Below, piece by piece: positions 1 to 10,026 of a stretch of DNA of 64,000 bases. Location: the IMG/VR virus record IMGVR_UViG_2925307165_000003, positions 6,264 through 70,263 of that record, one strand, 5' to 3'. A model generated the notes under the pieces. That model did not search any database. It saw only the letters and a program-made list of their open reading frames with translations, and was not told the origin of the DNA. The position numbers and the translations under genes were made by a program. How positions within the stretch are numbered: the stretch's first letter is position 1; every line of letters starts with the position of its first letter. The stretch comes from a virus. Lineage: Duplodnaviria > Caudoviricetes.

Positions 1-9
1 ATTCCAGCA

Positions 10-231
10 ATGACTATCAAGTTAGAATCTGAAGATGTCGTATTCGTAGAAAATGAGCTTCACGCTCTATTGGTCTACAAATTAGATGGAGAAGACCCTT
101 CACTAAAGGTAACTGGATTGAAGAACATACTAGCGATCCGTGATTTGTTAAATGATGCTTATCCAGTATCAACTTGCAAAGGGGGAAGCACATGTGGAGT
201 ATCATCTCGAACTTGCGCTTCAGAAACTTAA
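10..231 (+). CDS. Hypothetical phage protein
   Basis: 73-aa ORF co-oriented with early operon. Confidence 0.45.
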   Translation: MTIKLESEDVVFVENELHALLVYKLDGEDPSLKVTGLKNILAIRDLLNDAYPVSTCKGGSTCGVSSRTCASET

Positions 232-400
232 GAAACTCCAGGAAGAGACTTCAAACGTTTCTGTCGGTGCTGCCATGGAACGAGCTGGATGGTTTTTCAG
301 ACAAGAATTTCAACCAGTTATTGACGATCTGGAGACCGCCTTAACTCTCGTAAAACAGAAAAATGACCCTGCTGGGGAGCAGAGCCATTTGGGTATTTGA
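152..400 (+). CDS. Hypothetical phage protein (probable GTG start at 194)
   Basis: ORF with G-rich SD-like stretch before GTG 194. Confidence 0.5.
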   Translation: MMLIQYQLAKGEAHVEYHLELALQKLKKLQEETSNVSVGAAMERAGWFFRQEFQPVIDDLETALTLVKQKNDPAGEQSHLGI

Positions 401-473
401 ATCATTCGGCGAAAACATGTTTTCAAGGACGGTGTTTTCGCCTCCATATTAACATGAATTGGAGGATTTGCAA

Positions 474-1334
474 ATGCAAGAATTATCTATTAATTATCCT
501 GAACAATGGAAATCGGTAAATTCCCGCGCCGGAAACCTCTTTACCAGTGCGGAAAACACTGTAGGCGTTATTCGCCTGACGAATGCTGATGGACACCTGA
601 TTCAATTCGACGATGGTGAATGGGGCATCAGTGCCGAAGGGTACCGTGCATGTAATTTGGTTGCAGGGATCTCCACAATTACACCTGATACAATCCACCT
701 TGCCGATGGGCGCGAGGTGAGTAATCCATATATTGAGTTTGACCCAGAAACGGGTACAGCAGATAAGTTCTGGTCACAAAAAATCACAATTGGCATGTCT
801 CCTTCTGGTAAGCCAATTGTTAGCTCCGCCACTGTCCTCTTTGATATCCGTGTTCGTTTTGTCAAGGAACTTATGCAGAAGATCGAAGAGAACCGGGATG
901 CCGGCAAGCTTTGCATGGAAGGGACGTTAACTGAAGAGGAAATCAGATCCGGCATTTTCATGGCATTCCAAGGAAAGCTTGGCGTTTATGGACGACATGA
1001 CAACATTGATGTAATCCGCGTTATTCAAAACCTCATAAATAACAAAGAACACGGCGACAAGATCGTCCAGACGCTTGCGTGGAAGTCTTCTATTAAACAG
1101 CAGCCAAGTATGCCATTAGCAAAGTTAAAAGCCTACAACGGCGTAGCAGACGTTCTAGTGATTGGATACAAAGACACGTTTGATGAAACAAAACTGAATG
1201 AAATCGCTGCTGAATTTCAACAAACCGGTTCGGTTGCTGGGGCTGAAGTGATCGAAGAAACGATCAACGCCTCAGAAGAGTCTATCGAAACAGAAGACAG
1301 CTTTCTTTCAACTAAAGGAGGTCCGCGTTTCTAA
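474..1334 (+). CDS. Uncharacterised protein in the recombinase/annealase position
   Basis: GGAGG SD at 461-465 before ATG 474; coupled (TAATG) to the SMC-like gene; acidic C-terminus. Confidence 0.65.
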   Translation: MQELSINYPEQWKSVNSRAGNLFTSAENTVGVIRLTNADGHLIQFDDGEWGISAEGYRACNLVAGISTITPDTIHLADGREVSNPYIEFDPETGTADKFWSQKITIGMSPSGKPIVSSATVLFDIRVRFVKELMQKIEENRDAGKLCMEGTLTEEEIRSGIFMAFQGKLGVYGRHDNIDVIRVIQNLINNKEHGDKIVQTLAWKSSIKQQPSMPLAKLKAYNGVADVLVIGYKDTFDETKLNEIAAEFQQTGSVAGAEVIEETINASEESIETEDSFLSTKGGPRF

Positions 1335-3466
1335 TGATCAAAACAATCCGTACTAAAAACATAAAGGGCAATACGTTTGATCAAGAATTGACTGGTAAGG
1401 ATATTTTCGTAGGCCCGAACGGATCAGGCAAGTCCACACGGCTCCAGGCTGTACAATTGGCGATGCTGGGGTATATTCCCGGCAAGAAGACAAACGCCGA
1501 AACATTCAAACTCAGTTCTGGAGATGAGATGACAGCAGGGCTGCAGATGGATTCTTTCTCTTTTGATCGTTCTATCATCCGCGCCGAGAAGTTGAAGGGT
1601 ACTGGGGCCAAAGAGGTCAAGTATAGTGAATCGATCACTGTGTCACCAAGTAAAGGCGAGAAGAATAGCACGCAAATGAACGCACGAATCTCTACAGAGA
1701 CGGGAAACTTTCCAATGGTGTTTGACTTCCAGCAATTCTTGGATATGTCGGATGCTAAGCGGCGTGAATTTATCTACGGCCTGTCTCCGATATCCAGCGA
1801 AGAATGGGATAAGAAAAAGGTATCTGCTCATCTTATCCAAAAGTTGTTGACCAAAGGACTTCAGGAAGCCAATCCTGATCTTTATGAAGCATCCAAAGAG
1901 TTGATTAATGATTGCTTAGATGAATGGCCTAGTGATTATGATCTATCTTCCGGTCTTCAAGCTATGACCTCATGGGTCGAATCTCAACAAAAGCACTGGA
2001 ATAAAAAGCAGAACGATGCCACCGGAGCGGTTCGCGAACTGGCTGACATGAAAAATAAACTTGAAGAAACAGATCGTGATATTACAACCAAGAAGGAAGA
2101 ATTGAAGGATTTTCGACAACAACACACTGATGTTCATGGTCAAATTAAAGCTGGACATGAAATTAAAAGACAGTGGGAACAAAAGCGTAGCCGATTAGAT
2201 GCCTTGAAAGGCGAGATTGAGCAATTGACTGAAGGACTTGCAGTTAAGGCTAATCGTGATTACGAGGCAGAAATTATAACACTACAAGAGTCAATCAAAC
2301 AAACGGACGTTAGTGCTGAAGCAAAAACACTCCAAGATCAGATAGACGCGTTGGTAGTTTTGAGAGAATCAAAGACTTCGGAAGGTATGGAAGCTAAGCA
2401 AAAGGCTGACAAACTTAGCTTTGAGCTTAACGAAATGAGAAAAGTGTTGCAGGGTATTCAGGATAAAGGGGCTAAAGTTTGTGTTCTTCACTCTTCTATC
2501 GGGTGTGACAAGGACTTCTCAAAGTTTACTAATTACACATCTGAAAGAGATCCTAGCCTCCAAAAACAAATTGATGAACTTACTGAATTACAAAATGAGT
2601 TAAGAAGAGAAATAAAAACTCTACGTGAACAAGAAAGTTCCCTTGAACAATCAAAACAAGCTCTTTATAAATCTGCAAATGATCAAAACGTTTCGAATGA
2701 ACGCATTCGTTCACGGATTGAGATTATGCGTAAAGAAGAACAAGAAGAATTCCGCCGTCATCAGGACACTCAGAATAAAATTATCAATTTACAGCAGGAA
2801 CAAGAACGACTTTTGAATGACAAGCAGCCGACCTTTGCTCCACTTGAAATACTGGAACCGCAGCTGTCGGCGTTGGTACGGCAGATTGAAGAATTGGAAC
2901 GAGTGATTGAAGAGAAAGAGAAAGCTAAAATCACACTTTCAAACGCTCAGACAGCCATGATCTCAGCAAGCAAGGCTCAGTATTACTTTACGGCTTGCAA
3001 GAGCTTAGCAGAGGCACTGGGGGCTAAGGGGATTCAAGGAGAGTTGGTTAAGGGTGTGCTTGGACCTATAGAAGACTCTATCAATGAGAACCTTCAACTG
3101 ATGGGTATTCAATATCCTATGTTCTTCTCTACTGAATCCGAGACAGGCAAGGAAGTATTTCAGTTTGGATGGATCAAGAATGATCGTAAAACGAACTTTG
3201 ATGTACTGTCTACTGGAGAAAAATTAATGTTCCTGTCTGCCTTCCTTGTCACGCTGCTTGAAAGAGCAAATCCGCCTCTTAAAGTGTTGGCCTTGGACGA
3301 TATCAACAACTTGGATAAGAAGAACCTGAGCGGTGTTCTGCAAGGTCTAAACGCCTTGTCCCACAAGCTGGACAATATCTTGATTGCTGGTGTCGTGGAA
3401 ATTGAGGCGGCCGAAGGCTGGACGATTTGGGATTTGACTCCTGAGGGGTCGGCATCGCGTGGTTAA
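1334..3466 (+). CDS. SbcC/Rad50/SMC-like coiled-coil ABC ATPase
   Basis: Walker A GPNGSGKS, long coiled coil with central Cys pair, signature LSTGEK, Walker B LALDD. Confidence 0.88.
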   Translation: MIKTIRTKNIKGNTFDQELTGKDIFVGPNGSGKSTRLQAVQLAMLGYIPGKKTNAETFKLSSGDEMTAGLQMDSFSFDRSIIRAEKLKGTGAKEVKYSESITVSPSKGEKNSTQMNARISTETGNFPMVFDFQQFLDMSDAKRREFIYGLSPISSEEWDKKKVSAHLIQKLLTKGLQEANPDLYEASKELINDCLDEWPSDYDLSSGLQAMTSWVESQQKHWNKKQNDATGAVRELADMKNKLEETDRDITTKKEELKDFRQQHTDVHGQIKAGHEIKRQWEQKRSRLDALKGEIEQLTEGLAVKANRDYEAEIITLQESIKQTDVSAEAKTLQDQIDALVVLRESKTSEGMEAKQKADKLSFELNEMRKVLQGIQDKGAKVCVLHSSIGCDKDFSKFTNYTSERDPSLQKQIDELTELQNELRREIKTLREQESSLEQSKQALYKSANDQNVSNERIRSRIEIMRKEEQEEFRRHQDTQNKIINLQQEQERLLNDKQPTFAPLEILEPQLSALVRQIEELERVIEEKEKAKITLSNAQTAMISASKAQYYFTACKSLAEALGAKGIQGELVKGVLGPIEDSINENLQLMGIQYPMFFSTESETGKEVFQFGWIKNDRKTNFDVLSTGEKLMFLSAFLVTLLERANPPLKVLALDDINNLDKKNLSGVLQGLNALSHKLDNILIAGVVEIEAAEGWTIWDLTPEGSASRG

Positions 3467-5282
3467 TCTCACCGCCGGATTAAATGATGAACAGGCATCA
3501 GCGGTTACTTCTGATTCTGATGAAATACTAATGAGAGCTGGAGCAGGGACGGGTAAAACCCGTACCCTGACTCATCGGATAGCACATCTAAATCTAAACC
3601 ACCGTGTTGGTGCTTCAAGCATTGTGGCCATAACCTTTACCCGAGCTGCGGCAAAAGAAATGAAAGATCGTCTTGTTCCATTGATTGGGGAGCATGAATC
3701 CAAAAGAATCACATGTTGCACGTTCCACGCACTTGCAGTTCGTATCCTCCAAGAATGGGGGCACCGTTTGAATCTTGATAGACAATTCACGATTTACTCC
3801 CAAGAGGATCGGGAAGAGGTCATGAAGGTCATTATCGAAACAATGGGATACAGAACCAGCGTGAGTAAAGTCATTAAGGCAGTAGATTTGAGAATCAAGG
3901 GTCTTGAAGAACAGGCGGTTTGGGACGAATACAACTATCAGTTACGCCGTTACAATGCCGTGGATCTGGATGCCTTGATTTCGAAGGTGAACACATTGTT
4001 CAGCAATCATCCTGATGTCGCTGAGTACTATCGGAAGCAGTGGAAGTACCTGTTCGTGGATGAGTTTCAGGATACGGATCAGCAGCAGATGGAATTTATC
4101 CGGTTGCTGAATCCGGAACACCTTTTCTGCATAGGTGATTGGAGACAATCTATCTATGGATGGCGCGGAGCGCGGGTTAGAAACATTCTTGAATTTACAG
4201 GTACTTATCCAAATACAGAAGTAATTGAGCTTAACCGCAATTACCGTTCAACAGTTTCAATAGTCGAAGCTGCCAATAACTTAATCTCTCATAGTGGAGT
4301 TGGAATTGGTGGAGGGCTAGTAGCTTACAAGGAAGGTACCAGCTTTGATGTAGTCTCTTTGGTTGACGATGATACTGAAATAGATTATGTAATCAGCCAG
4401 ATCAAAGAGAGAGCGCAGGGTCCCAAGTATTCAGATTTTACGATATTGGCACGGACAAATGTGCAAATTGATAACTTTTATCAAGCGTTGCGGCGGGAGA
4501 ACATTCCATGTACTGTATTGAGCGCTTCGGATGATCCTCTTAAAGAGCCTGACGTAAAGTCGCTATTGAACTACCTTGCATGGATATTCAACCCACAAGA
4601 TGAAACGAATTTTAAGCGGGTCATTAAGTTTCCAGAGCGGTCACTGACTGATATGCAACTTCAGGTTGCCGAACAGACAGCTATAGATAGGTCTATCCCG
4701 TTGTGGGCGGCTTTAGTGGACTCAGATGAAGAACGGGTTGTGCAATACGCCAGATCCCTCCATGACGTTGCTGAGACGGTTAGAGAGTGTGCGTCTGCGT
4801 ATGATGCCTTCGATGTGTTGTCACGGAAATTAAGTCTTAGTGAACGATATTCAGAAAGATCCCTGAACAACCGAATTGAGGATTTGGTTCAAGCTCAGAC
4901 ATACATCATGTATTGGGTTGAACGGCAGCTGAAAGCTGGAGAAGATCATAGCCCCACAGCATTCCTCAAATGGGTCAAGATCCGAGATATTCAAGAAAAA
5001 CTAATGGAAGACCGAGACGCGGTGAAACTTATGACCGTTCACGGTAGCAAGGGGCTTGAGTTTCCGACAGTCTTCCTTGTTGGCATGAATGAAGGGCTGT
5101 TCCCTAGCCAAAATACCAGGGACATTGAAGAAGAACGCAGGCTGGCATACGTGGCTGTGACTCGAGCAGAGAGTGAACTTATTATTACGACGACACAATC
5201 GCATAGCAGCTGGGGAAAAGTTGTTCCGGCTGAACCAAGTAGATTTATTGATGAAATGAAATTTTTGAATAGTGGGGTGTAG
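3459..5282 (+). CDS. UvrD/PcrA-family SF1 DNA helicase
   Basis: AGAGTGKT, VDEFQD, GDWRQSIYGWRGA, NYRST, MTVHGSKGLEF, EERRLAYVAVTRA. Confidence 0.95.
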   Translation: MVNLTAGLNDEQASAVTSDSDEILMRAGAGTGKTRTLTHRIAHLNLNHRVGASSIVAITFTRAAAKEMKDRLVPLIGEHESKRITCCTFHALAVRILQEWGHRLNLDRQFTIYSQEDREEVMKVIIETMGYRTSVSKVIKAVDLRIKGLEEQAVWDEYNYQLRRYNAVDLDALISKVNTLFSNHPDVAEYYRKQWKYLFVDEFQDTDQQQMEFIRLLNPEHLFCIGDWRQSIYGWRGARVRNILEFTGTYPNTEVIELNRNYRSTVSIVEAANNLISHSGVGIGGGLVAYKEGTSFDVVSLVDDDTEIDYVISQIKERAQGPKYSDFTILARTNVQIDNFYQALRRENIPCTVLSASDDPLKEPDVKSLLNYLAWIFNPQDETNFKRVIKFPERSLTDMQLQVAEQTAIDRSIPLWAALVDSDEERVVQYARSLHDVAETVRECASAYDAFDVLSRKLSLSERYSERSLNNRIEDLVQAQTYIMYWVERQLKAGEDHSPTAFLKWVKIRDIQEKLMEDRDAVKLMTVHGSKGLEFPTVFLVGMNEGLFPSQNTRDIEEERRLAYVAVTRAESELIITTTQSHSSWGKVVPAEPSRFIDEMKFLNSGV

Positions 5283-5285
5283 AAA

Positions 5286-5753
5286 TTGCTCAACAGAATC
5301 ATTTTGATAGGCAGACTCACACGCGATCCTGAACTTCGTTACACTCCAGCTGGTGTTGCCGTAACTCAATTTACGCTTGCCGTAGATCGTAATTTTACGG
5401 GCCAGAACGGTGAACGTGAGGCAGACTTCATCCCGGTTGTTACCTGGAGACAGCTAGCAGAAACCTGCGCCAATTATTTGCGCAAAGGTCGCCTGACAGC
5501 AGTGGAAGGACGCATCCAAGTGCGAAACTATGAGAATAACGAAGGTAAACGTATATACGTAACTGAAGTTATTGCTGATAATGTCCGTTTCTTGGAATCA
5601 TCTAAAAATCGTGAAGGTGGAAGTTCATCAAGTGGTACAGGCATGCCTGAAGAGCCGAATTACGGAGGCGGTCGAGAGTATAACAATAGTTCAGATCCGT
5701 TTTCTGGCGATGGAAAGCCAATTGATATTTCGGATGATGATCTTCCATTCTAG
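5286..5753 (+). CDS. ssb: Single-stranded DNA-binding protein
   Basis: [20 protein letters not shown] start and acidic tail DISDDDLPF. Confidence 0.97.
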   Translation: MLNRIILIGRLTRDPELRYTPAGVAVTQFTLAVDRNFTGQNGEREADFIPVVTWRQLAETCANYLRKGRLTAVEGRIQVRNYENNEGKRIYVTEVIADNVRFLESSKNREGGSSSSGTGMPEEPNYGGGREYNNSSDPFSGDGKPIDISDDDLPF

Positions 5754-5768
5754 AACGGAGATGTAACT

Positions 5769-6191
5769 ATGCAGGAAGCGAATGAGTTTGATCTTGCTGC
5801 TTACATTGAGCAGGTAGAGTTGATGAAGAAACATGCTAATGCATTACCTGAGGACAATCCAGCATCATTACAAGAAAAGATTGAGCTACTTACACAGTGT
5901 CATGAACTGTCTGGAGAAATATCGGGTGAATGTGACAGACTCTATAAGCGTATTCACGTCCAGCGTGACATGGATTATGCGGAGGCTTACATTTCTGCCA
6001 AAGCACCGAAGAAAGAGCACGCAGAACTGGCTACAAGAGAAATTAGAGTGCTTGAGGCTGAATCTTACGGTCGTTCAATGAAATGGCGTAATGAGTTCAA
6101 AAGCCTTCAGGAGAATATTCATACTCTCAAGTTAAAAATGAAAGTTAATTTTGCTGATGGGACGATGTATAGCAACGGTTATCAGAGGTGA
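5769..6191 (+). CDS. Hypothetical helical phage protein
   Basis: SD plus 140-aa ORF in replication operon. Confidence 0.7.
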   Translation: MQEANEFDLAAYIEQVELMKKHANALPEDNPASLQEKIELLTQCHELSGEISGECDRLYKRIHVQRDMDYAEAYISAKAPKKEHAELATREIRVLEAESYGRSMKWRNEFKSLQENIHTLKLKMKVNFADGTMYSNGYQR

Positions 6192-6196
6192 GGTGA

Positions 6197-7264
6197 TTGG
6201 CGGATACACAACCAGAGAAGGGGTTTGTCAGGCTTGCCAATGATTTGTGGAAGGAACTGATACGCCGGAACTTCACAAAACGCCAAAAAGACATTTTGTT
6301 GTTCGTTTGGAGAATGTCTTATGGCTGCAATCTCAAGGAAGCATACATTCCAAAATCAAAAGATTTTGAGATTTGCGGAGTTCCGGCAACTCACATAAAG
6401 AACGAACTTAAACATTTGGAAAATGCAAAAGTAATCATTTGGGATAAGAAAGAGAAGCTTTTCTCCATCAATAAAGATTACGATTACTGGCAAATTACTC
6501 CTGTAATGGGATGGGAAACTGAACGTTTTAATGAGTTAATTCACTTGAATTTGAAACGAAAAACTTCACAAAACGTGAACTTTTCAGAATCTCAAGAGGA
6601 TGATCCGGAAAGTGAAACTTCACAAAATATGAAGTTAGACTTCACAAAACATGAAGTTTTTGACGAAAAAAACTTCACAAAACGTGAAGATGAAGGCGTC
6701 TCAAACCCTTGCGGCTGTAAGGCGGAAGAGACCCTTAAAGACAGTTCTTTTAAAGACAGTATTAAAGACAGTAATAATAGTTGTTGTTTAAAGGAGGACG
6801 TTAATATGAATTATGGATTTCAAAACGAAATCAAATCAGATAGCCAAGATGCCGTTCCTGCCGGGGATTCCGACTCCAACCGGAAAGCTGCTGAAATTGA
6901 ATATCGTAAACAAATCACAGATCTGTATCTCAAGCGCAGAGCAAAGGGGCTTGATCTTACGGCTAATGACGAGTTGTTTTTAGATCAACTCATTGCAGAC
7001 GGAGTTCCGATCTCCGTTGCCATTGACGGCATCAATCAATCCTTTGACAAATTTAAACCTAAACATAAACGAGACGAGATCAAAAGCATCAAGTACTGCG
7101 AAGGACGCATTTATAATTTATTATCCGAGCAAGACGGAAAAATAGACGAACAGAAAATTAATCTAGTCATAGATTCTGAAACTAAAGCTGAACCCGATTA
7201 TGATCAAGAAGAATATCAAAAAAAGCTTGAGCGTTTGAAAGCCAAGCGTGAGGCTGTGGTGTGA
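6197..7264 (+). CDS. Phage replication initiator (lambda O-like N-terminus)
   Basis: GFVRLANDLW...FTKRQKDILLFVWRMSYG N-terminus; internal iterons; precedes helicase loader. Confidence 0.85.
   Translation: MADTQPEKGFVRLANDLWKELIRRNFTKRQKDILLFVWRMSYGCNLKEAYIPKSKDFEICGVPATHIKNELKHLENAKVIIWDKKEKLFSINKDYDYWQITPVMGWETERFNELIHLNLKRKTSQNVNFSESQEDDPESETSQNMKLDFTKHEVFDEKNFTKREDEGVSNPCGCKAEETLKDSSFKDSIKDSNNSCCLKEDVNMNYGFQNEIKSDSQDAVPAGDSDSNRKAAEIEYRKQITDLYLKRRAKGLDLTANDELFLDQLIADGVPISVAIDGINQSFDKFKPKHKRDEIKSIKYCEGRIYNLLSEQDGKIDEQKINLVIDSETKAEPDYDQEEYQKKLERLKAKREAVV
6563..6772. repeat. Probable replication origin: four iterons ACTTCACAAAAYRTGAA plus three TTAAAGACAGT repeats
   Basis: Iterons start at 6563, 6617, 6639, 6672; 11-mers at 6735, 6750, 6762; inside the initiator gene as in lambda ori. 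Confidence 0.8.
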
Positions 7265-8251
7265 ATGGGGAACTTAGGTGATGAACTGAAAAAACTTATC
7301 CCAAAGGGATTTGCCGAGCGAAAAGCCGCAGTAATAAAACGGCTAAAAGAACACCCTGAAGCGAAAAGAATCAAAGAAGCTTTTCCTGATCGAGTGGACA
7401 ATTTGACGCATCCGACCAATTACGGTTCGTTATCACGACACCTTGCTAGTTTTGATAACTGTAGAGGCTGCAAAGACTTAGTTGGTTGTCAGAACGACCA
7501 CAAAGGTCACTGTAGCGTTGTGGAGGAAAATCCAGATGATGACAAGGGGCTAATTTACAGGCTCCAAAAATGCCCGCTGCTCCTTTCTCACGAGAAACAG
7601 CAAAAGGTTATGGGGAAGATTAAAAGTCATTTTATTCCTGATCACATTGTGAATGCGACTTTTGAAAGTATCGATCTTGACTCGCATAGATCTGCTGCAA
7701 TCATAAAGGCTATGGACCTATGTGAGAACTTCGAAGTTGGAAAGAGCAAAAAAGGGCTTTATTTATACGGTCAAATGGGTGTAGGCAAAAGCTTGATCTC
7801 CGGTGCGATTGCTCAGGAGTTAGCTTCTCAAGGAGTAGACGTTGCAATGGTCTATGTCCCAGACTTTATGTCTGAGGCGAAGGATGCTATTGGATCTAAG
7901 ACAGAAACAGTGTTGTCTAAACTAGAGGCCTTACAGAACGTTACAGTGCTCATCTTAGATGATATCGGAGCTGAGTACCTGACTACATGGACGCGGGATG
8001 AAATACTGGGACCCATTCTACAACGCCGAATGGAGCGATTAGTCACAATTTACACGTCGAACCTAACGATCAAGGAATTGCGGCAACACTTGATAAACGT
8101 CAAAGATGCCGCCAAGACCATGGATCAGCGTCAACATGAAAAGAAGGCTGAGAGAATCTTAGAAAGGATAGAGCCATTTGCTGAAGTGCTGCATGTAGGT
8201 GGGCGGAATCGACGTAGGGATAATTCGCATAACACAGGAGGAAAGTTATGA
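7265..8251 (+). CDS. DnaI/DnaC-like helicase loader AAA+ ATPase
   Basis: Zn-binding Cys/His N-domain, GQMGVGKS, LILDDIGAE, WTRDEILGPILQRRM, TIYTSN. Confidence 0.9.
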   Translation: MGNLGDELKKLIPKGFAERKAAVIKRLKEHPEAKRIKEAFPDRVDNLTHPTNYGSLSRHLASFDNCRGCKDLVGCQNDHKGHCSVVEENPDDDKGLIYRLQKCPLLLSHEKQQKVMGKIKSHFIPDHIVNATFESIDLDSHRSAAIIKAMDLCENFEVGKSKKGLYLYGQMGVGKSLISGAIAQELASQGVDVAMVYVPDFMSEAKDAIGSKTETVLSKLEALQNVTVLILDDIGAEYLTTWTRDEILGPILQRRMERLVTIYTSNLTIKELRQHLINVKDAAKTMDQRQHEKKAERILERIEPFAEVLHVGGRNRRRDNSHNTGGKL

Positions 8252-9354
8252 AGATATCAATCGATAAGCATATTCTTATCAAGCCGCTAGAACAAGCGGC
8301 TAAGTTCCTACCATCAAAAAATGTTATTCCGATATTGGCTGAATTTCTTTTTGAAGCAAAACATGACGGACTATACATCACCGGTGGAAACGGAACTCAG
8401 TTTCTACAATCAAAAATTGATTCGGATGATTATGAGTTGATCAAGCCTGGTTCAGCGACTATACCAGGGAAAAGAATCGCTGAGATCGTGAAAGTAATGA
8501 AAGGTGTAATCGATATCGAGACAGTCGGATTCGAGACTGTGATTAAGAGTGGAAGAAAGAAATATGACCTTCCTGGCTTAGATCCAGAAGAATATCCTCA
8601 ATTCATCGAAGATCCCGATGGTGCTTCGGTAGAACTAGAGGGACGAGCGTTAAAAGTTTTAGTCAAAGAGACGGCCTATGCAGCATCAGAAAGCGAGGCG
8701 ACACCGATTTTAACCGGACTTCGCGTTAGGTTTCAAGACAACATGATTAATGTCACCAGTACAGACCGGCATAGATTGTCATCTTCGGTACAAGTGGCAG
8801 ATAACTTGATCGAAATGCAGATCATCGTGGGAGCCAAGACAATGTCCGATCTTATGAATCTGATCGGACCAGAGGAGAAGTTAGTAATTAAATTGGTTCA
8901 ATCGAAACTTGTAGTCGCGACGAAGAATTTCATATTTTGTTCTCGGGTCTTAGAGGGGACATATCCAGACGTAGACCGAATGGTACCAATAAACTATCAA
9001 TCGACACTTCGGGTAAATCGGGAATTATTGATCGATGCCCTCCAGAGTGTGAAGATTATCATCAAAGATCAAAAGTCCAAAGTTACCCGTATGCACGTAG
9101 GAGAGGTTATTGAACTCAAAGCTGCTGCTGAAGGCGTAGGAAAAGTAAATGAATTTGTAGATATCATCTCACTTCAAGGAGAAGGATTTAAAGTTGCATT
9201 TAACGGGGAGTACTTCCTTGAAGCTGCTGACTCCATTAATTCCAAGGAACTTATCATAGGGTACTCGGGTATGACGAACCCCATCTTAATCAAAGACGCT
9301 GATGACGAGCGAAATTATAGAATTGTTCTTCCATATCGAACAACGGAGGTATAA
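8248..9354 (+). CDS. dnaN: DNA polymerase III beta sliding clamp (phage copy)
   Basis: 368 aa; PILTG, STDRHRLS, SRVLEGTYPD, AFNGEYFLEA, IVLPYR. Confidence 0.92.
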   Translation: MKISIDKHILIKPLEQAAKFLPSKNVIPILAEFLFEAKHDGLYITGGNGTQFLQSKIDSDDYELIKPGSATIPGKRIAEIVKVMKGVIDIETVGFETVIKSGRKKYDLPGLDPEEYPQFIEDPDGASVELEGRALKVLVKETAYAASESEATPILTGLRVRFQDNMINVTSTDRHRLSSSVQVADNLIEMQIIVGAKTMSDLMNLIGPEEKLVIKLVQSKLVVATKNFIFCSRVLEGTYPDVDRMVPINYQSTLRVNRELLIDALQSVKIIIKDQKSKVTRMHVGEVIELKAAAEGVGKVNEFVDIISLQGEGFKVAFNGEYFLEAADSINSKELIIGYSGMTNPILIKDADDERNYRIVLPYRTTEV

Positions 9355-9357
9355 GGA

Positions 9358-10026
9358 ATGACACTTACTCTTGAAGAAATGTACAACATGCAAAAAGAAC
9401 TAGATATAAAGATCGTTGCAGAAAAAGGACTGGAAGGTCAGGATCTGCTTTACAAGCGAACACTGGCTCTCCAAGTCGAGTTGGCAGAGTGCGCAAATGA
9501 GTACAGGGGATTTAAGTTTTGGAGTGATCGCAGCGAACCGAAGCATGGATACGATGCCCTGATTGAATGTCCGAAATGCAGCGGAAAGGGATTTTGGTTT
9601 AGTGGAGAACGCGTTATCTGTGGTCGTTGTGATGAAAAAGGGAAGATTATCAATCCACTTCTGGAAGAATTCGTTGATTGCGTTCATTTCTTCCTGAGTA
9701 TCGCAGGTCATTTTGGATGGCTAGAACATCTTTATATTTCTGAGGATTCGATCGAGGAAACGAGAGATGAAGGTTTAGATGGGGAAGTAACAGGTGCATT
9801 CTTGGAATCCATGTATTGGCTCATGAAATTTCACATGGAAAAAGATCGCGATGAGAAAATTGAGGAGAAGCTCGGGAAGACAAAGCGTGAAATGTGCTTC
9901 AGAAACGCTTGGTATGTATTTTTAGCTATCGGTCTTGTTGGTTTCAATTTCACATTCGAGCAGATAGCCGATGCTTATGCAGCCAAAAACAAAGTCAATC
10001 ATGAACGACAGGTGAATGGATATTGA
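9358..10026 (+). CDS. Dimeric dUTPase with inserted zinc-finger
   Basis: ALQVELAECANEYRGFKFW, LEEFVDCVHFFLS, KNKVNHERQVNGY; CPKC...CGRC insert. Confidence 0.88.
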   Translation: MTLTLEEMYNMQKELDIKIVAEKGLEGQDLLYKRTLALQVELAECANEYRGFKFWSDRSEPKHGYDALIECPKCSGKGFWFSGERVICGRCDEKGKIINPLLEEFVDCVHFFLSIAGHFGWLEHLYISEDSIEETRDEGLDGEVTGAFLESMYWLMKFHMEKDRDEKIEEKLGKTKREMCFRNAWYVFLAIGLVGFNFTFEQIADAYAAKNKVNHERQVNGY

